From: Diadema antillarum
Taxonomy: Eukaryota
Length of the DNA stretch: 64,000 nt
NCBI RefSeq assembly: GCF_040938485.1
Contig: NW_027272137.1
Span: 620,001-684,000, forward strand
Reading direction: 5' to 3'
Below the pieces are notes generated by a model. The model saw only the letters and a list, made by a program, of their open reading frames with translations. It did no database searches and was not told the origin of the DNA. Each line of letters starts with the position of its first letter. Position 1 is the first letter of the stretch. This document shows, one piece after another, positions 25,101 to 40,100 of this stretch. Both the position numbers and the translations under genes were made by a program.

Positions 25101-28100
25101 CTGGATTGAGAGTGGTACCAATAGAGTCAGGGTGATACCGGGACTCGAGTAGTACAGTGCACTTCCTTCAAACGAACACTGTTAAAAATGAAATTCCGGT
25201 TACAACAAAGTAAATATTCAGGCCCAACATTATCCACTCTATATATGTTTATTGTTTATTTGTTTGGTTATAATGAAATTTTGATATAGCGAAAGGAAAC
25301 TGACGGTCCTGAGGACTTCATTATAACAGGAGTTTACTGTACCACTAGAGTCAAGGTGGTACCATTGGAGTCAGGGGAGGGGTGGTACCACCAGACTATA
25401 GTGATACCACTAGAGTCAGGGTGGTACCATTGGAGTCAGGGGAGGGGTGGTACCACCAGACTATAGTGATACCACTAGAGTCAGGGTGGTACCATTGGAG
25501 TCAGGGGAGGGATGGTACCACCAGACTATAGTGATACCACTAGAGTCAGGGTGGTACCATTGGAGTCAGGGGAGGGATGGTACCACCAGACTATAGTGAT
25601 ACCACTAGAGTCAGGGTGGTACCATTGGAGTCAGGGGAGGGGTGGTACCACCAGACTATAGTGATACCACTAGAGTCAGGGTGGTACCATTGGAGTCAGG
25701 GGAGGGGTGGTACCACCAGACTATAGTGATACCACTAGAGTCAGGGTGGTACCATTGGAGTCAGGGGAGGGATGGTACCACCAGACTATAGTGATACCAC
25801 TAGAGTCAGGGTGGTACCATTGGAGTCAGGGGAGGGGTGGTACCACCAGACTATAGTGATACCACTAGAGTCAGGGTGGTACCATTGGAGTCAGGGGAGG
25901 GGTGGTACCACCAGACTATAGTGATACCACTAGAGTCAGGGTGGTACCATTGGAGTCAGGGGAGGGGTGGTACCACCAGACTATAGTGATACCACTAGAG
26001 TCAGGGTGGTACCATTGGAGTCAGGGGAGGGGTGGTACCACCAGACTATAGTGATACCACTAGAGTCAGGGTGGTACCACTGGTATGAGTGTGGTACCAC
26101 TAGAGCCAGGGAGTAATAACTGAAAGAAAGAAGCATCACTACCATCAAAAATGCTAATGGGAAACTGTTTGGTTGGTTGATAGAGCGGAACAAGGTGGGA
26201 CATTCTCATCAAATTTGAGCATTTTATTTTGTTTCCACCAATCAGATCATGAGATCAAAGATGGAGAAAGGCTGCCAATTGGCATCAAAGACATGGGAAG
26301 CTGTGACGTCTACCCTCAGACTCTGTCTCATAACCCCAATGGGAGGTAAGTGTCCACTCTTTGCTTACATCACAGAAGTAAATTGACCTCTTCCTGCTGT
26401 TTTTGGTGGCATACTTAGCATTATTTTTTTTAGATATTACTATTAAATGTTTCTTTGTGTAGATGTGAGTGATCTCCACAATCAGGTCTCAATGATAAAG
26501 TGAAATTGGCATATCTCTATCCAAGAAAGATGCATGTTTTCTTTTTTGTGTGTGTGTTTTTTTGTTTGTTTTTTACTGGTTCTTGTAGTTTTCTTTAGTC
26601 TCTCTGATAGGTCACATCACAAAGACAGGCAGCTTGTTGGATATTTTATCAATTTCTTTCAGATAAGACAGAGAGACTGTTTTTCTTATATTAATTTTTC
26701 TTTCTCTTTTTCACATTTTCATCCGTGTGAAAGTATAAAAAATTGTCACTCGCAAAAGTGACAACCATACAACAACCATTCAGCTCTAAGAGTGTTTCAT
26801 AATGCTTAGCAGCTGTAAGTTGCTGAGGCGTACATTGTGTACATTGTTACTCAAGTATGATATATGGGTAGCAGCATCCTAGTATAAGAACAAGTGTTTG
26901 AATGTCTCCCTCTTTCTCAGGTTTGTGGTAGTTTGTGGAGACGGAGAGTACATCATCTATACAGCCATGGCCCTTAGGAACAAGAGCTACGGCTCGGCCC
27001 TGGAGTTTGTCTGGTCACATGACTCCTCTGAGTAAGTCTTATCTCATGATTAAATTTTCCTTATGTTGAAGCATGGATAGTGAGTGGCCTCCTTTTTCAG
27101 AATCATTCCACTGTGTATTTTGTTTTGATGTTGTGTGAAAGCTATATTGATGTAAAAAAAAATGTTTTCCATCATCACACTTCTTAATTAATTGTGGGAT
27201 ACATGTTTGAAACAACTGTAATAACAGGGAAATAGCGATTAAGCTTTTTGTGTGTGTTTTTGTTGAATTCATATAATGTGAGTGGCAGCAAAGATGCCAC
27301 TCTGACACAATGAAGTCATGAATCTTACGACAATGATGCAAGTAGTAGCAGGCAGTTCATTCTCTAAACCATGAGAGTGGATGCCACTAGGTGTCTCACA
27401 TGTAAGGAAGATCTGATTCTCTGTAAAAGCCAAGAAGGAACTTCCCAAAGATTCTGTTTATCATAGTGGTTCATTGCATGTAATCATAATGGGATAGAAG
27501 ATTGCATCTTATCTTGAGCACCTCATACAGATGCTATTCACATTTGTTTTGATGCCTCTGCATGGAAAGGTGCACAAGGTCGTACTATACCTATTTCGTG
27601 AATCACTAACAGTAGTATGTACAGTGCACTCCCGTTAAAACAAACACAGTTATAACAAAATTCTGCTTACAACGAAAATAAAATTCAGACCGCAACATTA
27701 TACACTCTATGTATTTTTATTGGTTATTTGTTTGGTTCTAATGAAATTTTGATCTAATGAAAGAAAACTGCCAGTCCTGAGGACTTTGTTATAGGGTAAT
27801 TCCATGAAGTTGGGACAGTGTCCATGTAGCATCGTGATATTTGAAAAATACATTTCAGCATAACTCAATATTAATTATGCTATACATTTATTGTTTGTAG
27901 GCTTTACATTTGCATTGAGGCCACACATTTTCTTGGAAACTTTGTGCCATTCATACTCAATTTTGATGAAGTTATTAAACAATATGTAACGGTGTCCTGT
28001 AGCACCGTGACGTGTCCATGTAGCATCGTGATATTTTAAAATTTGGTCTTAAGAGACAAATTATGGCAATTAGCTTCACCAAAATTTGATGCAATATGCA

Positions 28101-31100
28101 TATTTACTAGATTAGTCAGATAGCTAAATATCTCAAATTTCCTGTACACAGTTTTAATTTTAAAAGAAAATTACAAAATGTATCACGATGCTACGCGGTG
28201 TCCTTTTTTGTTACATTTGGTGGACACCGCGTAGCATAGTGACAAATTTTGTAATTTTCTTGTAAAAGTAAGACTGTGGAAAGGAGAGTAAAGATATTTA
28301 GCTATCTGACTAATCGAGTAATTATGCATATCATATCAAATTTTGGTCAAGCTAATTGTATTAATTTGTCCTTTAGGACCAGATTTTAACTATCACGATG
28401 CTACATGGACACGTCACGATGCTACAGGACACCGTTACATTTTTTTTAAATAACTTCATCAAAATTGAGTCTGAATGGCACAAAATTTCCAGGAAAATGT
28501 ATGGTCTCAATACAAATGTAAAGCCTATAAACAATATATGTATAGCATAATTAGTATTGAGTTATGCTAAAATGTAACACTTTGTGCCCCAACTTCATGG
28601 AATTACCCTATAACAGGAGTCCACTGTACAAAATCCTGCACATACATACTTGTACTTGTCCACTGACACACAGCTACAAACCTTTACAAAGGTGTGTACT
28701 AGTAATATTATATTCTCTTGTAATTGTTTGTATCCATCCTTTCCTGCCGTGCTCTGTGTACAGGTATGCCATCAGGGAAAGCAACACGTCAATCAAACTC
28801 TTCAAGAACTTCAAGGATAAGAAATCATTCAAACCAGATTTTGGGGCTGAGGGTAAGGATAGACCACATTTGCTTTTCTTGATAAACCTGTAATCAGGTG
28901 TAGCTTTTAAATCTCATGATTTTGTGAGAGTTATGTGGACTATTTTTGAGCAAGTGCTTCAAGACCAACATTAAATATTTACTGGTCCCATGTATGGTCA
29001 TGTGACAAGCACTCTTCTGTACAAATGTTGGGACTGTGAAGCCAATGATGAAATACTGTAAAACGAGGAATTTTCGCGTGCATTTAAATTTCGCGAATTT
29101 CGCGAGCGCCAAGATTCGCGAAATTAAAATGCACGCGAAAGTTCTTGTCTACACTATATGCATTGAATGCCAGTGGCAGTTCGCGAAAATTTCATGCCGC
29201 AAAAAAGGCTGTCAGCTCCAATTCGCGAAAAATTCATGCCGCGAATATATCATGTTTTACAGTAGTTATACGATCAAATGATACTCAGCGTGGGTTTTTC
29301 ATTTTATTTGCTGATGTAAAATGGCCATGGATCATTTGGATGAAAATGGATTATTGTCCTTAGTTGTCAGTAATTCAAGATGGCTTCTGCTCTAAATTTT
29401 GATTAGGGATCAATCTGGAAAGGTTTCCATATTTGATTTTGAATTAGCAAATGACAATAGACTCAGATGTACAAACTTTATTTTTTATATGAGAATCTTG
29501 CAGTGAAGTTTGTTTGCTGAGTTAGTCAGTTGAAAAAATGTACTAGTAATTGAAATCATCCAGCCAAATTTAGATGCGTCCCAGAAGAAAGATGGTGTAA
29601 AATATCTTTGATTCATTGGATTCTGTCTGTGCAGGAATCTTTGGAGGCTACCTTCTTGGAGTGAGGTCCAGCACTGGGCTGGCTTTCTACGACTGGGACT
29701 CAACAGAACTCATCCGGAGAATAGAAATTACACCCAGACATGTAAGACTACTGGGAGGAATTTTGGGGGTTCTTGAAGCGGAGGAGGAGGAGGAGGAGAA
29801 TGGTGGTGTTAGTGGTAGTGTTATTAATGATGATGATNNNNNNNNNNNNNNNNNNNNNNNNNNNNNNNNNNNNNNNNNNNNNNNNNNNNNNNNNNNNNNN
29901 NNNNNNNNNNNNNNNNNNNNNNNNNNNNNNNNNNNNNNNNNNNNNNNNNNNNNNNNNNNNNNNNNNNNNNNNNNNNNNNNNNNNNNNNNNNNNNNNNNNN
30001 NNNNNNNNNNNNNNNNNNNNNNNNNNNNNNNNNNNNNNNNNNNNNNNNNNGTAATAGAGGCTATCTTGACAAAGATTTGCATACCAACCAACTACCGTAT
30101 TCTCCTTTCTTTTTTTCCAGGAAGAAAATTCAACCTAGGGATATGAGACTGTTGAATTAAAGTGTAGCATCTAAGTATCAAAATGCACATGTTTGCATAA
30201 ATAATATTTCATCTCCAGTTAATCGACCATGATAATGTAGACAGGAATATCTATCTAGTATTCCTGTCACTACAGAAAAGATATTCTTGAGATGTTTGTT
30301 CCTGGTGGATTTAGAGCAAAGTGCATGTCTGATGTTCTCCTTTAAATGAGTATGTCTTGTTAAAATGATGTCACTTCTTGGACTTTCTTCCCCGCAGTTA
30401 TTCTGGTCAGAGAATGGCGATCTTCTGTGCATAGCAACAGACGAGTCATTCTTCATCCTGAAATACAGCCCTGATGCGGTTGTCAAGGCACAGGAGACCA
30501 ATGAGGGTGTCACAGAGGATGGGATTGAGGATGCCTTCGAGGTCAGCAATCATTATATTTTCTTCTTTCAAATTTTGCATCAGTTGTGACCTGCAAGTGC
30601 AGTGCAGATTACAGTGACGGAAAAAGGTGTTAGTTCTTTTGGCCTTGTTCAGGAAGGAAAAATGGTGTTAGCTCCGTAGAAGACTAGAAACCTGCATGCC
30701 TGGGAGAAAAACATTGTCGGAACTTCCGTTTGGTATCATGATTTTAGTTTTCCTTGTTTCATCAATTTAACCACTACTTGACTACTCTCATGAGAGAATA
30801 AATGAAGCATATGGTGGCACTTCATGACTGGTGTGTAAACCCAGGACCTATTGCATAAAGCTTTTTACCTGGGAAAACTCGGGTTATTTTTAGCAGAGTT
30901 TTTTCTTGTGTTTTAGTCAGTAGGAGATACATACTGACCTGAGTTTGCAGTTCTTAACTAGAGTTTTTCTCAGGTAAAAATTTTTCCACAGGCCATGGAT
31001 GTACACATTTTAATGAGGAGGTAGGTTCCCTGCAGCTTAGATTGAAACCTTGCTTTTCTCCTTATGAACAGGTTGTTGGTGAGATCGAGGAGATAGTGAA

Positions 31101-34100
31101 GACAGGATGCTGGGTTGGAGACTGCTTCATTTACACCAACTCAGTCAACCGTCTCAACTACTACGTGGGCGGAGAGATTGTCACCATTTCTCATCTTGAC
31201 AGGTACCAGACACCAAGTAGCAAATCATCTTCAAGATATGGGCCCCATCTCATTAAAAAAGTTGCCATGATAGTAACCCTTACTGAAATGGCAAGTGTCA
31301 TTGTAATGACAAGAATTCTGCTTCCTGATTGGATGTTGCTAGGGGACGTTGCTATTCCAGCAAGTGTTATCCTGGCATCTTTTGTGAAATGGGACCCTGT
31401 TCGTACATTCCTTGTGTGAGGTTTGAGACACATACAATATATGAGAATGTCTCATGTAGCAATGTTTGTGTTTCACTTGACATAAAAAGGTGATTTCATA
31501 AGAAATGGATATTACATATAAGCAATAACACGATGGGACAAATGGTGGAAGCTCATACAAAGTTATAAAACAAATACTACAAACTCTCATTGAGTGTCAG
31601 TAAAATCAAAGAATGAATTCCCTACTGCATATGCTCCTTTATGTAATCTTTTACAGTGGGAATAAGACTGTGCCTTTATCAGTTAGTGCTATGTCAGGCT
31701 GGCTTTAGATTACCATGCATAATGTCTTTAAAAGGAGCATGTAGCACACAGTTGTGTTACCATGCATAGTCCTTATCTCACCACCTATCCCCAGGACGAT
31801 GTACCTACTTGGCTACATAGCGAAGGATGACCGTCTCTACCTGGGTGACAAGGAGCTGAATGTGGTCAGTTTCTCCCTGCTCCTCTCAGTCCTAGAGTAC
31901 CAGACGGCCGTCATGAGGAGAGATTTCACCACGGCGGACAAGGTCCTTCCCACGGTGCCGAGGGAGCACCGGACTAGGGTAGCTCACTTCCTGGAGAAAC
32001 AGGTCTGTCGTCAACCAAAGCCTGAGTGAACTTGAGTGGGGTCATATGACCTTGCATCTTAGAACCACAAAAAAGTTACCAGACATTCCCTGCGTTCAGA
32101 CAATCCCCTGCATTGCGGGGGCAGTTTGGAGAGATTGTATCTTTTTTACAGTCGACCCTCCACACTTGCGTTGAAATCCCCTGCTGAAAGGGGGACAAAA
32201 TCACAGCTGGTGGTTGTAGCTGTGTGTAAAGTCACCGTATGTGGCGCTGTAGGGCGCGCGATTGCAAATAATAGTTCTTCGCCTCCACATTTTGAGCATG
32301 CACACGTACGAGGAAAACAGCTGCGCGAGAGATCAAGGTCAGTCCCCGGCCAGAATTTTGTTGCCAGACTCGACAAGCTTGTCAGGGGAGCGGGGAATGT
32401 CCCACCAAGCATTCACACGATGGGATTGCTGGGGAAAGTCCTGGCAAACGGGACATTCCCCACGAAGCAGGGAATTGTCTGAATGCAGTGATATTTAGTT
32501 AAGGTCTGATTAAAAAAGAGTAGACTCTAAGCTTTAAAGTGAAGTATGCCTCAATACAAATGGACTTTCCTAACCTATCTAAATAATGGAAAGAAAGCAC
32601 ACAACCTGGCAAAGGGTTAACTGAGAATAGAGGCTTTGAAGTACAGGGTCTATTCAAGCACGTAATCTCACCAAGCTGTGCTCAATGCAATGAAAGGAAC
32701 AAAAAAAACAGGATGTAAAGCTCTATAGAAACCACAATGAAGGGATTATCAGATTAAGCTGATTTATCACACTCAATTAGCACATTCTATTTGTGACTTA
32801 CTAACTTTCAAAGCAGTGTAGCATTGTCTTTTTCAAAGTTATCAGAGTTGAAAGTGAGGAGTGTGTAAAAGGTTTTTAGGAAATGAAAAGGGGCCTCTCA
32901 GACACACCTAAAATATTAGACCATTCTTTTTTTTAAGTGTTCTAGTAAACCTGAAAAAAACTTTCCTTTTGTTTCATGATTCCAAATTTGAATTATGTAG
33001 AAGAAGGGTTTTTTTTATAGAAAATATAAAGATGAATATAAAGATTGACTCCTATTTTGAGTCCTCACATAGAATCTTGGCATGCAACTTTGTGTTGGTT
33101 TTATGATGCGCACCGTCTGTCATAGAAACGAACTTGTACAGGGCTATATGCAGTCATGGATTCCTTTGGATCTGTTCTGTTCTGTTTTGTTCTACTGTTT
33201 GGCAGTAACACTTCTTGGCACTACTCATGTTTTGTCAGTGTGTGGTATGTCTAGTGTTGAATGCACATATCTTTGTATATTTTTAATGAAATATGAATAG
33301 GATTGATTTGAATATTGACTCCAGTTTGGTTTGTTTTTTCTTGTTCTTTTTGCTCTCGTAGGGTTTCAAATCCCAAGCTCTAGCTGTGTCATGTGATCCA
33401 GAGCACAGGTTTGAGTTGGCCCTTCAGCTTGGAGAGCTGAAGACAGCTTACACCCTAGCCATGGAGTCTGAGGTGAGAGACTATCCCTTGTGGACCTTCC
33501 ATAAATGTACAGTCAAACCTGCCATAGTGGCCACCTGTCTATAGCGGCCAGTTGCGGTATTCGGCCACTAAAAAAGTTCCCACTGAAAGAAAAGCCATGT
33601 TAAAGACCCTGTCTACAGAGGCCACCTGTCTTTAATGGCCTATTTCTTTCTTTTTCATCTCCCTTGGGTGGCTGCTGTAGACAGGTTTGACTGTAGTTAT
33701 CTCCAACCTTCATTCACATTTTACAAGGTAGCAATTACTATGCCATAGCAGCGTCTGTGTAGGTATATGAAGACTTGAATATCAAGAGCACTAATGTGCA
33801 TCCCACCACCAGCACAAGTATTTTAGTCTGTCTGTGTATTTGTCAGTGGGCAAGTTGTAGATGTGATCACCGTTTTGACAAGAAGATATCACATACCATC
33901 ATGTCATAGACATCCACCAATCACAAGTGTTTATTTACCTTCTGTTGGTTAAATTTGTACAGTTGTCTGAAATGATTTGCTAATTAAATACAAGGCACTC
34001 ACTGATCAAGCCCCTAGTTATGTTACAGAACTATCATTACTCAAACCTTGCAAACACACTCAGTGCATTTCTAAAGATACTACTTCTACAAATCCCAACA

Positions 34101-37100
34101 TGTAAAACAAAACTAACATTAGGAGATTGCTTGTTTGCTTGTGCAGCTCCCAAACTGTGGAATAACTTTCCATTAGAAATCAAGAAATCCCCAACTGGAG
34201 CATCATTCAATAAAGACGTAAAAATCATCTCTAACTGTTCACTAGTCTGAGGTTACAGGAGCTCTTGCAGAGCAGAAGAATATATGTCCGTATGTTCTGC
34301 TCTTAATGAATTGATATATTATTGATATTATCATTTTTAGCTACTAATATTTGATATGAATCACAGCAGAGGGCATGGAAAATTGATGCATATCAACTTG
34401 TGTGTGTGTGTTTAAGATTTGTTTTGTTTGTTTTCAAATGACAGTTAATAACTAGAAAAGCACTCTGAGAGCGCATACCTCCGCCAAGCATGCAGCTCAT
34501 TTCCGCCACTGATCTTATTCTTCCATAGAGATATTAGTGATTTCCACCCACACATACTTATAGCATTGTGTGCTGAAAGTCGTCAGATGGATTTCCCAAT
34601 ATAGAAGTCTTTGTTACGTCATAAACCTTCAGCTGCATGGCGCGCTTCGCCCTAGCAGAAATTAGAGCACGTACTTTAGTGCGCGCATGCAAGCCTCAAA
34701 TACGCGCAGCCTTAACTCCCAAGTTCATTGACCCTACCTGCCAAAATATCAAAAATCCTTCATAAATTCCCCCAAATTCTCGGATCACTACCAAAAGTTA
34801 ATCGTTTGTTACTTGTGTCATTCTCAACCTTTTCTGCAAGTTTCATCCCAATCCATTAAAGGGAAGCAGTCCTGAGATTTTCACTGTACTGATAATTAAG
34901 AAGAGTAAAAAATATAACCTTTCACCAATTTATACGCGTGGACATCAAAAATTGTCTCCGTACGCGATTTTTAAAAAATAATTCCTGCAAGCGATCGTGT
35001 AAGAGCCTGCCAAAAGGTGCAACGTCATTGATGCCCTACTCTCAAGTTGACAGCCGTGCCTTAGAAAACCAATTTAAGTGTTCAAAATGATCATATCTGA
35101 TTTTTTTCATAAAATGTGACAATATGTGGTTTTATTATTTCAAACAAAATATTTCAAGCTTATTTATATATACAATTAATATAAAAATAGATAGTAAACA
35201 TGTATTTATAAATAACTAGGGATGACGAGCAGAACACCGCTGGAAAGAGTTGTGCATCGATGACGTATGACTCTCCGCCAAGACTTGCTCATTTGCAGAG
35301 TCACACTTTTTTAACCGAAATGTATGAGCTTATTTGGTGATTTGAAAGTTTGTTTTTGATGAAAGTAGTTCATTGGAGGTATCAACAACAACATATTTTT
35401 TTAAATTTCGTGAGGACTGCGTCCCTTTAACTACTTATTGAGTTATTTTGCACACGGACAAACTAACTAACTAACTAACTAATTAACGAACAAACACACA
35501 AACCAACAGTAACGAAAACATAACCTCCTCCCTTGGCGGAGGTAATAATAATAATAGTTAGACAAATTTGTATAGCGCAGCTACTATGTAAATATACTCT
35601 ACTGCGCTGTGATGTAAAAGAGCTCCTGACATTGTTACTTATTGGACACACAAAAAATAGGTAACAAATTAATCAAAAGCTTCTGAAAAAAGGTAAGTCT
35701 TCAACAAAGATTTGAAGACAGCAAGTGATAGGGCCTTCCTCATTTTCTCAGGTAATTTTTTCCAAAGTTTTGGAGCAGCACAACTGAAGGCACAATCCCT
35801 TTTCTAAAAACTTTTCTAAAAAGTAACTAAAGTTACTTAATTACAGCTCATCATTAACATTTGACAGCCTGATACAGACACACAATCAAACAAAGAGACA
35901 GTTTGCAATGTAGATGTCAAGTTTAATGAATTGAGAAAAATTAGTCGCTAAGGTGATGTTCATCCCCTTCCCTACCAGTCTGAACAGAAATGGAAGCAGC
36001 TTGCAGAGCTTGCCACATCAAAGTGTGAGTTTGATCTGGCCCAGGAATGTCTACACAAGGCCCAGGACTACGGAGGGCTCCTTCTGCTGGCTAGTTGCTC
36101 TGGCAACACGACTATGATTGACAAGCTGGCCTCCACGGCAGCAGAGAGTGACAAGAACAACGTGGCCTTCGTTGGCTACTTCATCAGGGGAGAGTAAGTG
36201 GTCACTTCACACAGTCTTCTCTTAAAGGGGCATAGTCCCGGTAGTGTAGATGGCGCTGTTGATAAAACTGCCGATCACCGTTAGCATTGATACGAAGATT
36301 ACCGAAGTTGAGCTGTCATCAAAAGTAAAGTGCGTAGGTGTTGCTAAGTAACGTTGCCTTCGTTGTCTTCTTTTCGCATCGCGCAGTCTGTAGTAATGCC
36401 AGGATGCGTGAATATGTGCTTGTTGTTATGACATCACAAAGAAGTTTGCTAAAGCTGCCATCCCCCTCAGCGGAATCATGAGCCGAACTATGATCGGACC
36501 ACTGACTACAGTGAATCGGACTTCCTCGGACTCTGGAAAGTGGGCCAAAGCGTAAGCGCCAAAGAGAAGTCGATAGCGTAGGTCTCTATAGGAAACTTGC
36601 GCCGTGCGCCCGCGTACACATTTGACTGAAACACCGGGACCATGCACCTTTAACCTGTTGCTTCCGAGATTACTCAAATTCCTATTGCTTCAAAAACAGG
36701 GGGCACCCGGTTCCGGTAGACGCTGGGTCATGTGGATGTCTGTTGAGCTTTTTCTTTTAAAGATCGGGGGGGGGGGGGGGGGGCTTAATTATTGAAATTC
36801 CGATAAGTATAGCACATCAGAACTGAACACCAGTCATTCTTAAAGGGGAAGGCTAGTAACTGGTCAGTGGGAATCAGTGGAAATGCTGGGAGATGATTGT
36901 TCCAATCCTTATGGGATTCATTCAAGAGTTCATTGTATATCTATTGTTGTGTGAAAATGATTTGCTTCAGAATGGTCTCATATTCAAGTAATGTGCAGTT
37001 TAATGCTTCCAGGTTAGCGTCCCTGGTCAGTGACGGAGCATTAATCTGCACATTACTTGAATATGAGACCGTTCTGAAGCAAATCATTTTCACACAACAA

Positions 37101-40100
37101 TAGATATACAATGAACTCTTGAATGAATCCCATAAGGATTGGAACAATCATCTCCCAGCATTTCCACTGATTCCCACTGATCAGTTACTAGCCTTCCCCT
37201 TTAAGTCGTTCGTACCTTTAAGAACAGCTTTATGAAACACCTCCTGGTAGCATAGAGATTCATGGGTAGCCCAATTCATTTGCAGCCCACCAGGGTACAT
37301 TATGCAAACCAAGAATAGCACTGGTCGGCGAATTTGTGAATCAAAGCTTATGCTCAGTGGAAACAGTCGACTCCAGTCGAGATTCTGCATTTGTGTGTGT
37401 ACTTACCTAGAGATCAGTGATAAAGTTGTACACAGTTCATTACAGGGATTCTCAAATATATCCAAACACGGCAAGCCTTCCCACTCCATTAATCCACACA
37501 CAACAGAGTCTTTAACCCTTTCTGTGTCAGGGACTTTGGACAGTGTGTACAATGCTGTTGGTTTTTCTGTGCCAATCAGCACTGAAATAGCACAAAGGGC
37601 TGATCTATCATGTATCAAATCACAGCACAGAAGTTGCTGGATATTTACTACAGAGGTCTAATGTCAGAAAACTAAGCATCTGTTGGGTCATCACACTTTT
37701 GATCTCAGTGACCTTGTGTTGTCATTTCATTTCACACCATACCTTGTGTTTATCATACAATCAAATTCAGTGCTTCAACAGATTTGTTAAGACATCAAAG
37801 TGATCGTATGATTGTTTTATGCTGTATCTTTGGATGTCAGAAGTCTCATGATTTTGAATTGAGTTTAACAAATTAGTGAGGGTTGTATGCTGTCAAGGCT
37901 CTGTTTGATTAGCTTTGACTAAGTACCTGCCCTGTGCCTCAAAAGTTGAATTAGATTCATTGTCAATTTTCAATACTTCACATTTACGAGGTGGCCATTG
38001 GTGTGGTGATTATAAATTACAATGTAAATACCTTGCAGTTCAGCAGTGAAGAATATGTTGTGAGATGTCTTTTATGTCATACACTTCAGTGTTGATCACA
38101 CCGTGCTTCTTTTTGTTTTGTTTTTTCTGCCAATATATAGGAGTGAAAAGTGTCTTGACCTGTTGTGTCGGTCAGGCCGATTCCCAGAGGCTGCCTTCTT
38201 TGCAAGGACCTACCTACCAAGCAAGATATCAGAGTAAGTGGGAGCATAGAGTTCATCCTAAGTAACCCCAATCAACCACTGACTTGTAAAACATAGATGG
38301 GTCCCAGTGATCTTCCTTTTTATGACCTTCAAGAAGTGCAGCTCCTTCGGGCAAGAATCACATTTTAAAGTATTTAACATTGTTGCATACATGGATGTAT
38401 TGTAGACTGAGAGCAGTGTCCAAGATGCATTTAGTTTGACATCAGTGAATTATAGATATAGTGTAGTACTCTTGCTATGAGCACTTTAGCTCTGCTGTGT
38501 TGCAAATATAATGCAAACATTGTATGACATTATACACAGAGGGTCATGGTTTCAGGGGTATCCTGTAGTATTTTTCTTCTTCAGTTATCACCTGTTTCTG
38601 TCTTTGAGCTGCTTGTACATTCTATTCCTCTGTCTGGTAGAGAAATCAGTTCACATTATTATTACTATTATTTACAGAGGATAAAGCGGGTGATCAGCTA
38701 CAAGGGTGTTAGGGGTGTGGGCATAATGATGTGTTAATGCCATTTACTACTGTTTTTACATGTGTCTGTTGCATAGAAAAATCAATTTGCAATATTTCTG
38801 TGTTACATGGATAACTATACTCGATCAACACCCTGGTATGAAGGTCAAACTGGTTTTTATAGAATGGTAAGAGGTCTCCAACCTTTTGACGAGAGTATGT
38901 CGTGAATGTTTAGACAATTGTTGGTGTGTTATTAATGAGTGATGGCTGGGATTGTGTTCTGATCCTCACAGCGTGGTCCAGGGATGGAAGGAGAGTTTGG
39001 GTAAGGTGAACCAAAAGGCAGCCGAAGCCCTGGCAGACCCCACCCAGTATGAGAACCTGTTCAGTGGCCTCAAGGAGGCTAGCCAAGCTGAGAGTTTCCT
39101 CAAGGGAAGACAGCCCTCCATTCCAGCCAACAAGTATCCCTCAGTCCCGGTGAGTACAGGGTTTAGGATTACTGTATACACCATATATTTTTCATGGTTA
39201 AATATTTTTGCAGATTTTGCATGTCCGGTGATATTCACGAATTTATAAACACGTGATAATATTAACTCTTATTCTACTATGAATGTGACATGTACCATAT
39301 TTTCTTTCCTTGATCGCGAATTTATCCAAATGCGAAATTGTCTGGAAGTCCTGTATGCTATGAGGATTAGAACCAACACTAGCTGTCGGGCGAAAGCTCG
39401 GTGGTCTAGTGGAGATGACGCCTGTCCGGTGATCAGGAGGTCGTAGGTTCGAATCCTGCTCGAATATGTACGCCCATGAATTTTTTATCATGGCTACTAC
39501 TAAAAAACACTGATCAATTCAGTGCTTATTTACGTCGATGCAGGGCAATTTGTCAATCAGTTGCAATTAGTTCAAATCCGTTTGAGTTATTTTGCACACG
39601 GACAAACAAACAAACGAACTAACACACAAACCATCGCCAACGAAAACATAACCTCCTCCTTTGGCAGAGGTAATAATTTAGACAGTTGGGATAAAGAAAA
39701 GCATGATGGAACCAAGCACTGGTCAGACTTTAAAGGAAACATTTGTCTACATTGTAACAATATGAGGCCATGACTTCAGCAGTAAAAATGATATTTGTTA
39801 CTTCTTTTAAATATGATAAATGCTTCAATGCACAACTAATAGGTAAAAGTTTGTTCTTGTAAATGAAGTAGAATATGAGAATTATAATTACCTTTATCAA
39901 ATTACATTATTTGCTCTGTGAAATATTCAGTTATTCACCTTTGAGGTGTAAAAAGTATAAACCTTTTAGGAAATGAGAAATGTCACTCATGCAACTATTT
40001 TCTATACACAGAGTTCCAGTGAGCGTGATGTCATGGCTGAGATGCAACAAGCCATGTCTCAAGGGGCTTTCTCACCGGTAAGATTTTTCATTTCATTTTC

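Noticed and set aside
25340-26083. CRISPR-like or CTCF array
   Set aside because: Units are identical with no unique spacers, and CCACTAGAG lacks the GGCRS half of the CTCF core. It is a minisatellite.
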